Part shown: piece by piece, positions 38,818 to 48,713 of the stretch
How positions within the stretch are numbered: position 1 is the first letter of the stretch
Layout: each line of letters opens with the position of its first letter
Origin: Bdellovibrionota bacterium
Lineage (GTDB): Bacteria > Bdellovibrionota_C > UBA2361 > JBIKWN01
Length of the DNA stretch: 64,000 nucleotides
Reading direction: 5' to 3'
NCBI GenBank assembly: GCA_044356295.1
Contig: JBIKWN010000005.1
Span: 1 to 64,000, forward strand
Notes under the pieces: generated by a model
What the model was told of the DNA's origin: nothing
The model's database searches: none
The model's input: only the letters and a program-made list of their open reading frames with translations
Made by a program: the position numbers and the translations under genes

Positions 38818-39450
38818 TTATTGAAAAGTTCCCAGAGCATCCGCTACGGCTTGTAGGTCTTTTTCCTCAACCATCACCATAAGATCTGTCCAGCAGCTCA
38901 TTTCTTCAAGTACGTTGATATTATGCTCTGCAAAAAGGCGATACACAAAAGCTATAACCCCTGGAATCGTCTCAATTTTTCTTGAAAAACGCATATGCAC
39001 CCTTACAAGGTCCTCGCTAATGCGAAGAATTCTTCCTTTAAATGCTGTTTTTACTTCACTCAGAAGTGTTTCTGAGATGATGAGGGTCACAACATCTTCC
39101 CCTTCAATTAATGAAAAAGTACTCCCTTCATCGTTTGCTTCGTCTCGTAGCACTGAAAGCCGTTCAAAGCTCCTTGGCTTTTCAATAATAACGACAGCCA
39201 TCTTCGTTTGAAGATTCACACTGGATCTCTTCATGACTTGGAGGATTGTTTCATCTTTACCGGATTTTTTTGGTCTCCGTTTGATAATCCTTCTGCATGC
39301 CATAAGTACTGCATCAAATTGTCGGATGTTTGCTTGACTACATATAAGTCTCGCTAAAGCAGAATAATTTACAAGCCCACGCTGAGCACAATCGGCAATG
39401 CTTTGGTTGTCTGCAAGGAATTTTCTAATAACTTTGGAAGTCGGTTGCAT
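38818..39450 (-). CDS. ACT-domain protein with N-terminal helical (HTH-like) domain, archaeal/CPR-style
   Basis: GLVNYSALAR N-terminal motif; C-terminal ACT-like IETIPGVIAFVYRLFAEHNINVLEEMSCWTD; start at MQPTSK. Confidence 0.75.
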   Translation of the reverse strand: MQPTSKVIRKFLADNQSIADCAQRGLVNYSALARLICSQANIRQFDAVLMACRRIIKRRPKKSGKDETILQVMKRSSVNLQTKMAVVIIEKPRSFERLSVLRDEANDEGSTFSLIEGEDVVTLIISETLLSEVKTAFKGRILRISEDLVRVHMRFSRKIETIPGVIAFVYRLFAEHNINVLEEMSCWTDLMVMVEEKDLQAVADALGTFQ

Positions 39451-39454
39451 AGAT

Positions 39455-39502
39455 ATGTTCAAATTTGAACATTTTTGTTTATAAATGTTCTTCTTGCAAC
39501 AT
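39455..39502. promoter_or_regulatory. Paired operator-like palindromes ATGTT-N8-AACAT
   Basis: ATGTTCAAATTTGAACAT (39455-39472, perfect) and ATGTTCTTCTTGCAACAT (39485-39502) between divergent genes. Confidence 0.6.
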
Positions 39503-39557
39503 TTTTTTAAGGGATCCCTCTTACAGCAAATTTTTAATCTGGTACCCTTTATTAATC

Positions 39558-40172
39558 TTGAAAACTGCTCTTCGAATCGTATCTCAACCTTTTCCCTTAA
39601 TAACTGTCCAAAGAGCGACTGCTGATCACTTGTGCTTTGTTGAACAGATCATTGAGCTTATTGCTCTATCAGCTAAAGAGCGTGGGACAGGCAGAGGCAT
39701 AAGAAGCTACGAGGAAATTGCGGGTAAAATTAACAAAGGCCAGGCAGTTATATCAATCTCGCCAGAAGGTAAATTTGTTGGATTTTGTTATGTAGAAGGG
39801 TATGACGAAGGGAAGTACTTTGCGAATTCTGCCCTTATTGTCTCACATGAATTTAGAGGCTTCGGAATATCTAGACAGTTAAAGATCGAAGCATTTCGCC
39901 TTGGAGCAAAGATTTTCCCAGGAGCAAGCCCAATATCAATTACCACAAGTGCACCTGTGATGAAGTTAAATGGAGAGCTTGGGTATAAAGCAGTTACTTT
40001 CTCTGAAATTAGTTCGGATCCTAAATTCTGGGAAGGCTGCAAGGGATGTGTTAACTATAGCCTTCTTACCAAATTAGATGGCAAGAACTGTATCTGTACT
40101 GCGATGAAGGCAGAGCCACCAAAAGCAAAAAGTGCTTTGTCTAGACTGCGTTCTGTTAAAAAGAGCAGCTAA
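39558..40172 (+). CDS. GNAT acetyltransferase (Bacteroidetes/Xanthomonas arginine-operon ArgA-like); start uncertain
   Basis: SAKERGTG, FVGFCYVE, ANSALIV..EFRG.G, ITTSAPVMK.N, FWEGCKGCVNY, CICTAM. Confidence 0.75.
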   Translation: MKTALRIVSQPFPLITVQRATADHLCFVEQIIELIALSAKERGTGRGIRSYEEIAGKINKGQAVISISPEGKFVGFCYVEGYDEGKYFANSALIVSHEFRGFGISRQLKIEAFRLGAKIFPGASPISITTSAPVMKLNGELGYKAVTFSEISSDPKFWEGCKGCVNYSLLTKLDGKNCICTAMKAEPPKAKSALSRLRSVKKSS

Positions 40173-40375
40173 TTATTTAAAATTTATCTTTATTATTTCT
40201 ATTTCTTCTATCGCTTTAGGAGTACGAAACTGTGTGGCATCGCCTTCTTTAGCGTTCATTCACACTGTACCAGTTCTTGCGTGAAGGGTTATTGCTGTTT
40301 GAGCATTGGGTGAGGCTCTCTGAAATTTATTGGATTAGCCACCAAAAAGACGGGATACTACTGAGCTGTAGTATC

Positions 40376-42859
40376 ATGACGCATCCAGCTTTCTCCTATT
40401 CTAAATTGCCCACTGATGAACTAAATGGCGGGCAAAGTGTTTTTAGTTCTGTATTAAAAAGTCTAGCTGAGGCTGAAAAGTTTGATGCGCCCCTTCTTCT
40501 ATTAACACTCACTAGGTTGGCGGCAGTTATATCCGATGAGTCATCATCAAAAATTGAGGCAGCCCGTTGTAGTGCAATGCTTGGTTACATTCTTAGTTAT
40601 GTAACCATGAAGATAAGTGATCACATTAATAACGTTGATGAAGATAACGAATTTTTTGAATTAAAAAAAATCTGTACGCTGTTGAATGAGCAATATAGTG
40701 CAATGTCTCAAGATTCTGAAGGCTTGCTTTTGGCGGCACTCACGCCGGGGGTTCCTGAAAGTTTTGTTAATTATTGTGTAAAAAGTATTTTTTCTTCATC
40801 TTCTTTTTATTCAAACAAGATAAATACAACAAGCGTCGTTCGTGCATTTTCATCTGAATGGAGGGTTGCATTTGATACACTACGTTCTGAAGAAGCTATG
40901 CCTATCCAAGTGGGGCTTGCATTGGCTGTCAGCATGTTGAGTGAGAATATCGACAATCATACATTCATTTTTAGTTTGCTCCATCAAAAGTGGAGGAGTC
41001 ACCCTTTTGTCATCTCAATATTGTTTAACACTGAAAGCAACGCTCATTTATCATCCTATCCACTGACTTCAGATTCTAAGCACAGTACATTCCAAATTGT
41101 TAACGAACGTTTGGCTGAAATTGTTTGTGATTCAATTCGGCAAGATGAAGACCCTCGCAAATCTGAAGCACTCATTCCTTTATTGCAGAAAACCGACTCA
41201 ATGGATGAGTATTCACTGGTATTAAATGGAGCACGTATTGCCGGTGCACCATGGCTCAACCGTGCTTTGGTCAGTGCGATTGGTAACTTCACGCAAGCGA
41301 GTAGAGAGCTTTATAATGCCATCACTGCTTTAACTGATCACGGTGGTCCAGAATGTGTTGAAGCGCTTCGTATAGGACGATCACATTACCCGAAAGGTGA
41401 TGAACGTTGGTTTTTAGCTACCTTGGGTATGGCGCAACATGATGATCCTGAGGCACTTGATCAGATTTCCAAAGCTGCAGCAAAGAATTCCATGAATCTT
41501 TGGGCATCCATAAACGGTGAAGAGTTTGTTGAGAAAATTGAAAACGATAAGACTGGTAAGCTTACCAACGTGCTTTGGAATGGTATCTATAAATGTGGAA
41601 AAGCGCAGTCTGAAACTATATTGTTCGCACTCTTAAATAAGAAAATTGATGATCAATTAATAATTCCACGTGCTGAATTAGAAGAATATGTTCAGAAGAT
41701 ATTATCTTCGAAAAAACTTCAACCCTTCGAACTATCGATTGCATTGAAAATAGGAACAGTATTTCAGATTAGTCTATCAGACGATCAGCTTAGCGCAGTC
41801 ATATCAAAAAAATATCGAAGAAATGATTTGATTTCTTCGATAAGTAGTTTCTTAGTGAGTAATCTTAATCAAAATTATCCTGAAACATTCAAGATAATTC
41901 GTGCAAAGTACCCTAAACTTATTAGGACTGTTGAAAACATCGAACTCATTAAATCTGGTTCACTTTCTCCACTCATGTTACCTCTCAAACTAACAGCTGA
42001 CTTCAGTGTTTATAAGGCTATTTTATCGGATTGCGTCCAATTTGCTTCTTATGTTGTTTTGCCTGCGTTAAACGATGAGGTATTAGAAGCAAACTATTTA
42101 AATTCACTTTTCTCAAATAAGGCGAATCGTGAAGAATTCTATGAGGGCCTTGAAGAGGGAGCCCGCCAATTAGAGAGTCAAGACAAACGAGATGATGCTT
42201 TTCAATTGCGCACATACCGAGAAGCACTTATCACCTCTCAAGCGCTCGGAATTAGTAAACCTTTTCGATTTAAGCCATCGGAGCTACTTCAATTAACTCA
42301 GGCAAGGATGCATCCAAAATCTTGCCAAGGAAAGCCAATCGTCGTTATGTGTTTTGCATCGTTTGATTGGAATGGTGCTTTCAGTAATCTTAGTTCGATC
42401 CTTAAGCCGTACTTTGAAAACAATTATGCGGTTTTATACTATGAAATTAAAGAGAAAGAAGAACTTGTAGACGCTCTAGAAGAAGTTCGAGTTGAATATC
42501 ATCAGAAGGCATCAGCGATTTGGATCGCTGCTCATGCGGCGCCACAGTCGTTACAATATTCAAAAATGAATCCTGAACACGATCTCACAACAGAAGATTC
42601 CCAGATCCTCCGTAACCTCTCTTTGAATCGAACACTTGAGCCAGGTGGACAGTTAATTCTAAAGGGCTGTTCGACGAAACGACCTCTCGCTGGCGCTTTA
42701 ACAATCGGAAGTTCATTTGAATTTGCCGCATCAAGCGTTAAAGATGTTGAAGTGGTTGCTTCAGAATTAATTACCTATACAAGTATGTTTTCCTTTGCTT
42801 TATCCAGTGATAAAAAAGTCAGAGTATCGCTTCCGCGAAGAGGAATTTCAGGCGGTTAA
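40376..42859 (+). CDS. Large hypothetical protein: helical-repeat body with possible C-terminal His/Cys (caspase/DUF4347-like) domain
   Basis: HEAT-like helices; DWNGAF, IWIAAHA and LILKGCST near the C-terminus; start at MTHPAF. Confidence 0.6.
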   Translation: MTHPAFSYSKLPTDELNGGQSVFSSVLKSLAEAEKFDAPLLLLTLTRLAAVISDESSSKIEAARCSAMLGYILSYVTMKISDHINNVDEDNEFFELKKICTLLNEQYSAMSQDSEGLLLAALTPGVPESFVNYCVKSIFSSSSFYSNKINTTSVVRAFSSEWRVAFDTLRSEEAMPIQVGLALAVSMLSENIDNHTFIFSLLHQKWRSHPFVISILFNTESNAHLSSYPLTSDSKHSTFQIVNERLAEIVCDSIRQDEDPRKSEALIPLLQKTDSMDEYSLVLNGARIAGAPWLNRALVSAIGNFTQASRELYNAITALTDHGGPECVEALRIGRSHYPKGDERWFLATLGMAQHDDPEALDQISKAAAKNSMNLWASINGEEFVEKIENDKTGKLTNVLWNGIYKCGKAQSETILFALLNKKIDDQLIIPRAELEEYVQKILSSKKLQPFELSIALKIGTVFQISLSDDQLSAVISKKYRRNDLISSISSFLVSNLNQNYPETFKIIRAKYPKLIRTVENIELIKSGSLSPLMLPLKLTADFSVYKAILSDCVQFASYVVLPALNDEVLEANYLNSLFSNKANREEFYEGLEEGARQLESQDKRDDAFQLRTYREALITSQALGISKPFRFKPSELLQLTQARMHPKSCQGKPIVVMCFASFDWNGAFSNLSSILKPYFENNYAVLYYEIKEKEELVDALEEVRVEYHQKASAIWIAAHAAPQSLQYSKMNPEHDLTTEDSQILRNLSLNRTLEPGGQLILKGCSTKRPLAGALTIGSSFEFAASSVKDVEVVASELITYTSMFSFALSSDKKVRVSLPRRGISGG

Positions 42860-42929
42860 GGTGTTTAGAATTTCGGCCAATCGCTCGCGATTAAGTGATC
42901 CACGTTGTATAAGAGTCTAGTTTCTTAAA

Positions 42930-43484
42930 TCACTTAAACTGTATCTTAATAATCTCAATCTCTTGTATCCCTTTTGGAGATCGAAATTGAATAGTATCTC
43001 CTTCTCGAGCATTCATTAACGCTGATGCCAGCGGGCTTTGCCAGCTAATTTTACCCAGAGTAATCTCTGCTTCATCAACACCAACAATTTGATAAGTCTT
43101 TTGTTCGTCGTCTTCATTACAGATCGTGACAGTTGCACCAAAGCTAACGATATCTTTTTTAGAAACGGCGGCAGGATCAATTGCTTCAGCACTTCGAATC
43201 CTTTTACCAAGAAACCCAAGTTCTCGGTCAATTGCCCGAAGCCTTCGTTTGCCGTATTGATAGTCAGCATTTTCGGATCGATCTCCGTTTTCGGCTGCCC
43301 ATGAAACAGTTTTTACTACTTCGGGGCGTTCGCCGTATTTAAGCTGTTTGTAACGTGATTTTAAGTTTTCAAGACCTGCTGGGGTAATGTAGTTTTTACC
43401 TTGAAGTGTTGGGGAAACAACTTTTTCATCTTCGAAGTCTTCGTCTTCGAGGTAGTCGTCTTCTTTGGTAAAGGCTTTGTTCAT
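42930..43484 (-). CDS. greB: Transcription elongation factor GreB
   Basis: NYITPAG, VSWAAENGDRSENADYQYGKRRLR, IVGVDE, ISWQSP. Confidence 0.93.
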   Translation of the reverse strand: MNKAFTKEDDYLEDEDFEDEKVVSPTLQGKNYITPAGLENLKSRYKQLKYGERPEVVKTVSWAAENGDRSENADYQYGKRRLRAIDRELGFLGKRIRSAEAIDPAAVSKKDIVSFGATVTICNEDDEQKTYQIVGVDEAEITLGKISWQSPLASALMNAREGDTIQFRSPKGIQEIEIIKIQFK

Positions 43485-43636
43485 TTCATAACGAGTATAG
43501 CTAATGTTGGGTTATTGTAGAAGTTTTAGATTCCTTGCGCTTTGCTTGTAAATATTTACTATAGGAAACTAGTTTCAGTAATGTAAGCATAGTGAAATAG
43601 AGGTATCATTTCGTATCTATTAGTTTCAGTACCTAA

Positions 43637-43855
43637 ATGAAAAAGAAAAAAAAACCAGAGCGTTTCGGACTCATTTATAAAGGCTTCTCGTTTGAAGAAG
43701 CTGAGAAAGCATCCAAATCTTTTTGGATTAATATGCCGTTAGCCCAAAAACTAGAAGCAGTTACTCAAGTTATTCAAGATACCTATCTTTTAAAAGGAAT
43801 TGACTTTCATGCACTCAGACTTCTTAGAACTACTGCTATTATTAGAAAAGCATAA
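43637..43855 (+). CDS. Small partner protein (putative antitoxin) of nucleotidyltransferase
   Basis: 72-aa ORF (SFEEAE...FW.....KLEA) overlapping the downstream NTase gene. Confidence 0.6.
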   Translation: MKKKKKPERFGLIYKGFSFEEAEKASKSFWINMPLAQKLEAVTQVIQDTYLLKGIDFHALRLLRTTAIIRKA

Positions 43856-44243
43856 AGTAAAGTACTTACTGATCGGCGGATATGCAGTTGGTATTTATGC
43901 CGAACCAAGAGCGACTAAAGATTTGGATGTTTGGGTTGATGCTTCCTTAGAAAACGGTCGTCGCTTACTGAAAGCATTAAAGTCATTTGGTGCTCCAACT
44001 GATAATCTATCAGAGAAAGATATTCAAATACCTGGACTGTTATATATCTTTGGGATTCCTCCTCTAAGAGTAGATATTCTCAATCGTGTTGGAAAAGAAG
44101 TTTTTAAAGAAGCATATAAGAAAAGGCATATCGTTCAGATCGGTAAAGTTAAGGTTTCAGTTGTTCCAAAAGAAGTACTTAAAAAAATGAAGAAAGCTGC
44201 AGGTCGTCCGCAGGATAAAGCTGATCTGAAGAAATTACAGTAA
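43809..44243 (+). CDS. Minimal nucleotidyltransferase (DUF6036-like, TA-associated)
   Basis: YLLIGGYAV, PRATKDLD, RVDIL, K.AAGRPQDKADL. Confidence 0.8.
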   Translation: MHSDFLELLLLLEKHKVKYLLIGGYAVGIYAEPRATKDLDVWVDASLENGRRLLKALKSFGAPTDNLSEKDIQIPGLLYIFGIPPLRVDILNRVGKEVFKEAYKKRHIVQIGKVKVSVVPKEVLKKMKKAAGRPQDKADLKKLQ

Positions 44244-44344
44244 TTTTTTTAAAGATTTAAAATTTATATCGCTTAGCCTGATATATACTAAGTCTGCTGA
44301 TTACTACTTAGTGTCTTAGGCAAGAAAAGAGTACACTACCAACA

Positions 44345-45580
44345 ATGAAAGTACGAGCAGAATCCCTAGCAATCGGCGGCAGCATGGTCTGTTCGAATAC
44401 CGATCCTGAAGACAAAAAGAAAATTTTTGTTCCATATCTAATACCTGGTGAAACTGCAGAAGTACTTATTACTTCCCAGAAAAGCTCACTTCAAGAAGGC
44501 AAAGTTGTAGAAGTCATAACACCAGATAAATCCCGAGTTAAACCTCCGTGTGATGCATTTACAATCTGTGGTGGATGCCAACTCCAGCATATTGCTACAA
44601 AATCGCAACGTGATATCAAAATTGAGATGATTCGAAGTTACTTTGATCGTCAAACAAAACTAAAAGATATTCAGGTTATCAATGCATCTGAAGGACTTCC
44701 TGATTACGGATATAGGAGGAGGGCAACATTTCACCTTTCACATGAAGGGCTTCTTGGATTTCATGCTGGAGGTACACGGTCAGTAGTACCAATTCAAGAT
44801 TGTCTGATTGTAGAGCCGGCGATTTCAAAACTTATTCCGACGCTTCAAGCAATCGCTCAAAAATTATCAGACCGAGTTACTACTATTGAAGTTTCAATAG
44901 GCCATAAAAACTCAATCGTTTTTATGGTACGAGACCGCACTCATCCAAAAGATTTACAACGAGAACTCGAGCAGTTTCAGCGTAAACATAAAGAAGATAT
45001 CTATATTAAAACGAAGCAGCAGACATTTTTTCTTTCTGCACATGGAATAATCCCAAGTCACAGTGATCATGGGCACTTTTCACAGGTTAACCGACTCGGA
45101 AATGAAAGGTTACACGCAGTCGTATCCGGCGCGGTGGCGAAGCAATCATCAACTGCCACTGAGCTTTATGCAGGAAGTGGTAATTTTACATTTGAACTTG
45201 CTGCGCGTGGATATCAAGTTAATGCAATTGAATTGGATGCACAACTTGTGAAAGCAGGTCAGCAAAAAGCAATGGAAACAAAAAACGGTAAAAAGATTAC
45301 TTTTTATCAAAGTCCATGTGAAACATGGGTGAAAAAAAATGACCTTTCTGAATTAGTTTTACTTGATCCGCCACGTGCTGGCGCAAAAGATGTAATCCGT
45401 CTTGCAAGGTGGGAACAGGTAAAACAAATTATTTATATAAGTTGCAGTTTGCCATCATTTGCAAGAGATGCTGAATCCCTTGTGACTGGGAATGGCTTTA
45501 CTCTTAAAGCTGTGTCTTTTGTAGATATGTTTCCTCAAACACATCATGTAGAATTAGTCGGAGTATTTTCTCGGGACTAA
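44345..45580 (+). CDS. rlmD: TRAM-domain 23S rRNA m5U methyltransferase RlmD-like
   Basis: PPC..F..CGGCQLQH, FSQVN, ELYAGSGNF, LDPPRAG, YISC, DMFPQTHHVE. Confidence 0.8.
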   Translation: MKVRAESLAIGGSMVCSNTDPEDKKKIFVPYLIPGETAEVLITSQKSSLQEGKVVEVITPDKSRVKPPCDAFTICGGCQLQHIATKSQRDIKIEMIRSYFDRQTKLKDIQVINASEGLPDYGYRRRATFHLSHEGLLGFHAGGTRSVVPIQDCLIVEPAISKLIPTLQAIAQKLSDRVTTIEVSIGHKNSIVFMVRDRTHPKDLQRELEQFQRKHKEDIYIKTKQQTFFLSAHGIIPSHSDHGHFSQVNRLGNERLHAVVSGAVAKQSSTATELYAGSGNFTFELAARGYQVNAIELDAQLVKAGQQKAMETKNGKKITFYQSPCETWVKKNDLSELVLLDPPRAGAKDVIRLARWEQVKQIIYISCSLPSFARDAESLVTGNGFTLKAVSFVDMFPQTHHVELVGVFSRD

Positions 45581-45586
45581 AGCTTA

Positions 45587-47068
45587 ATGAATGCATACGA
45601 CGACCTTCCTTACGCAAGTAAAATCAATAGAGCTCGCCATATTGATGCATTGGGTACAATGGCAAGGCTCTATGGATATCTTCCGGCTGATCCGTTTGGA
45701 GCTCGAGTTTTAGAGATCGGTTGTTCTACTGGCGATGCTCTTTTCCCTTTAGCATTCGAATATCCACAAGCAACTTTTGTTGGCATTGACACATCGAGTA
45801 GCCAAATTAAAGAAGCACTAGAGCGAAAAAAATATTTTAAAGAGCATAAACTAGACAATCTTGAATTCATTCATGGCGATGTGACGGTTGAAGCGCTCAA
45901 AGGACGACGGTTTGATTATATTATCTGTCACGGTGTGCTCAGTTGGATCTCAAAGGAGGATAGAAGTGAGATTCTAAAAAGTATTCCATCACTCTTATCA
46001 GACAAAGGGGTATGTTTTCTAAGTTATAATTGTGCACCTGGTGGTTTATTGAGAAAAGCTATCTGGGATGGATTAAAGAAATTTGTAACTGCGCACAGTT
46101 CAGATCTAGTGGAAATAAGAAAAGCAATCACAGCATTTCAAGAAACAATTGAAATCGACTATGAAAAACCATACCAGTTATTTGTTTACCAAGAATTAGA
46201 CAGAATTCTAAAAGAGCCAGATCAGTATTTAGTGCATGAAGTCTTTGCTCTACAAAATGAACCACTCTACTTTAATCAACTTGTCGAGGATTTGTCAGGA
46301 CACGCACTTAAAATTATTGGCGATGTGCGTCCTCACAGGACGGGATTACAACGATTTTTATCTGCTCACCTTGCTGCATCAAGTTATACAGCATTGTCGC
46401 AGTTACAAACTCATTTTAATTTCTCGGCTGAAAGTATCTCTGATTTCTGTTTTGGTACTCCTTTTCGTGAATCGTTGATTATGAAAAATCTGCAGGAAGG
46501 ATCACCGCATTTATCGAAAGAATTATTTCATTCACTTTCTTTCTCTCATACTGGAATCGGTATAGATGAGAAAAGTTCATCAGTAGAAAAATTACTCCTC
46601 GATCACTATCCACATTTTCTTACATTTTCAGATTTAACTTCTTCAGATGCTAATGCATTGCATGGTCTTGATAATGAAAAAGTATCAGCTGATCTGATGC
46701 ACTGTTTTATTCAAGACAGAATAGTAGTTTCGTTTTACCCACCAGAGGTTTCTTCAAAAGTATATGCATTTCCAAAAACTTCACCTTGGATTCAGGACCA
46801 AGCATCTCGGCAAGAAATAGTTACCAATTTACAGTACCGATCTATTGAGCTTGATTCTCTGGCGAGGGGACTTCTTGCGCATTTAGATGGGAAAACTTCG
46901 AGAGAAGAGCTAGAAACTGTTGCTCATCAGATGGTCAAAAGTGGGGAGGGTGGTATTAAGGAAAATGGGCAATTGGTGGAGGATCCAATCCATGTCGCTT
47001 CTCTCATTCCAGAGCTCGTAGAATCAGCGCTTGAAACTTTAAAAAAAGCAGCAATGTTGCTTCCTTGA
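45587..47068 (+). CDS. Class I SAM methyltransferase with methyltransferase-regulatory domain (rickettsial PKMT-like)
   Basis: YDDLPY.S, RVLEIGCSTG, FVGID.S..QI, FDYIICHGVLSW, SYNC.PG, YLVHE. Confidence 0.8.
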   Translation: MNAYDDLPYASKINRARHIDALGTMARLYGYLPADPFGARVLEIGCSTGDALFPLAFEYPQATFVGIDTSSSQIKEALERKKYFKEHKLDNLEFIHGDVTVEALKGRRFDYIICHGVLSWISKEDRSEILKSIPSLLSDKGVCFLSYNCAPGGLLRKAIWDGLKKFVTAHSSDLVEIRKAITAFQETIEIDYEKPYQLFVYQELDRILKEPDQYLVHEVFALQNEPLYFNQLVEDLSGHALKIIGDVRPHRTGLQRFLSAHLAASSYTALSQLQTHFNFSAESISDFCFGTPFRESLIMKNLQEGSPHLSKELFHSLSFSHTGIGIDEKSSSVEKLLLDHYPHFLTFSDLTSSDANALHGLDNEKVSADLMHCFIQDRIVVSFYPPEVSSKVYAFPKTSPWIQDQASRQEIVTNLQYRSIELDSLARGLLAHLDGKTSREELETVAHQMVKSGEGGIKENGQLVEDPIHVASLIPELVESALETLKKAAMLLP

Positions 47069-47128
47069 ACGAATTTTAGCAGTAATAGAGTTCTTGCATA
47101 GTTATCCAAGAAGGCTATCATTACCTAG

Positions 47129-47575
47129 ATGAAAATTAAGGTAGCAATGCACCCACTTCTGCGACAGATTTTTTTACTTTCTTTGCTACTCAGTATGAGT
47201 AGTGTTGTACATGCTGGACCTTCTCCAAAGGTAATGACTGGACTTTCATTTAATGAAGTCGTCAAAATTAAAGGATTTCCAATCTCAACTGACACCCATG
47301 AAACAAGCAGAATTGTAGTTTGGAATTTTAAGCATGGCCCGATATATTTTAAGGACGGCAAAACTGTGCCTCGACCCAAAAATTGGAATCAAGGTCAGAT
47401 TAAGCCGAAACAAAATAGTAGTACTGTACTGAATAGACCTATTAGTAAAAAGAGCAACCTCAGTCAGACAGATGTTGATGAAATAATCTCTGCAATTCCT
47501 AATGATAAAGGTGGTCCTGCAAAACCGAACCAAGATGTAGCACCGGATTCGGATGCTGCTTCATCGTCCAATTAA
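47129..47575 (+). CDS. Hypothetical secreted protein
   Basis: Signal peptide ending VHA; low-complexity C-terminus. Confidence 0.6.
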   Translation: MKIKVAMHPLLRQIFLLSLLLSMSSVVHAGPSPKVMTGLSFNEVVKIKGFPISTDTHETSRIVVWNFKHGPIYFKDGKTVPRPKNWNQGQIKPKQNSSTVLNRPISKKSNLSQTDVDEIISAIPNDKGGPAKPNQDVAPDSDAASSSN

Positions 47576-47583
47576 AAATCAAA

Positions 47584-48693
47584 ATGAATGCAGCAATTGA
47601 AACGATTAGTATTGATTGTACGCAAACTAAAAAAGGTAGTTATTCAGTAGCTATTGGTGAAGCGGTACTTGATGGATTAAAAAAACTTATTCTAGAGAAT
47701 AAATACTCCTCTGTTGTTGCTTTTTTTGACCCAAATGTTGTTCGTCATCCTCACTCTGAATCAATCCGTTCGATGGTTCAAAGCAGTGTCATACTTCCTC
47801 ATTTTGGTGAAGCAATTAAAAACTTTGAATCATTACAGTGGATAATTCAGCAGTGCATGCAACATCGACTTGATCGTAAAAGCGCAGTCATTGCAGTGGG
47901 TGGTGGAGCAGTCGGAGATGCAGTTTCGTTTGCGGCTTCTCTTTATATGCGCGGTATTGCTGTCATCCAGATTCCTACAACGCTTCTTTCTATGGTGGAT
48001 AGTAGCGTTGGTGGAAAAACTGCGATTAATGTTGGGCCGGTAAAAAATTTAATTGGTTCTTTTCAACATCCTGAAGCAGTATTTATTGAGCCTGGATTCT
48101 TGAGCTCGTTACCAGAGCGAGAATTTCTATCCGGTACTGCTGAAATTATAAAGCATGCATTTATTCGAGATGCTGAACTGATTCCGCTTCTTTTGGATCA
48201 ACGATTAAAGGAGTCTGATAGTAGTACCCTGACATCAATTATTTCTCGTTCAGTTAAGACAAAAAAAGAGATCGTGCAAGAAGACCCAACAGAAGAGCAC
48301 ATTCGAAAGATTTTAAATTTTGGACACACTGTTGGTCATGCCCTTGAGCGCTGTTCACATGAAACAACAACACCTCTTTTACATGGTGAGGCTGTATTTC
48401 AGGGAATGTTACTGGAGTCTCTTATTGCTTCTAAGTTAAAGAAAGAGGTTCGGGATGTTTTTGAGGAACTTGTTCGATTGTATCGTTTTCAAGGGGTTTC
48501 AACTGAGATAAATGAATTGAATGAAGATAAGCTCATTAATGCTATGCTACTGGATAAGAAGAATCACAGTGGAAAACTTCGTTTTTCTTTGTGTTTTCAA
48601 AAAGGTCATTGTGAGTATGACCAAGAGGTTTCGCGAGACCTTGTTTTGGATGTCTACCGAGAAGCCTTACAGGATCGTACGCTGCTTTTCTGA
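47584..48693 (+). CDS. aroB: 3-dehydroquinate synthase
   Basis: GGGAVGD, YMRG, PTTLLSMVDSSVGGKT, LNFGHT.GH, LHGEAV, DKK. Confidence 0.95.
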   Translation: MNAAIETISIDCTQTKKGSYSVAIGEAVLDGLKKLILENKYSSVVAFFDPNVVRHPHSESIRSMVQSSVILPHFGEAIKNFESLQWIIQQCMQHRLDRKSAVIAVGGGAVGDAVSFAASLYMRGIAVIQIPTTLLSMVDSSVGGKTAINVGPVKNLIGSFQHPEAVFIEPGFLSSLPEREFLSGTAEIIKHAFIRDAELIPLLLDQRLKESDSSTLTSIISRSVKTKKEIVQEDPTEEHIRKILNFGHTVGHALERCSHETTTPLLHGEAVFQGMLLESLIASKLKKEVRDVFEELVRLYRFQGVSTEINELNEDKLINAMLLDKKNHSGKLRFSLCFQKGHCEYDQEVSRDLVLDVYREALQDRTLLF

Positions 48694-48713
48694 AATTTAG
48701 TTAAGAGTTCCTT

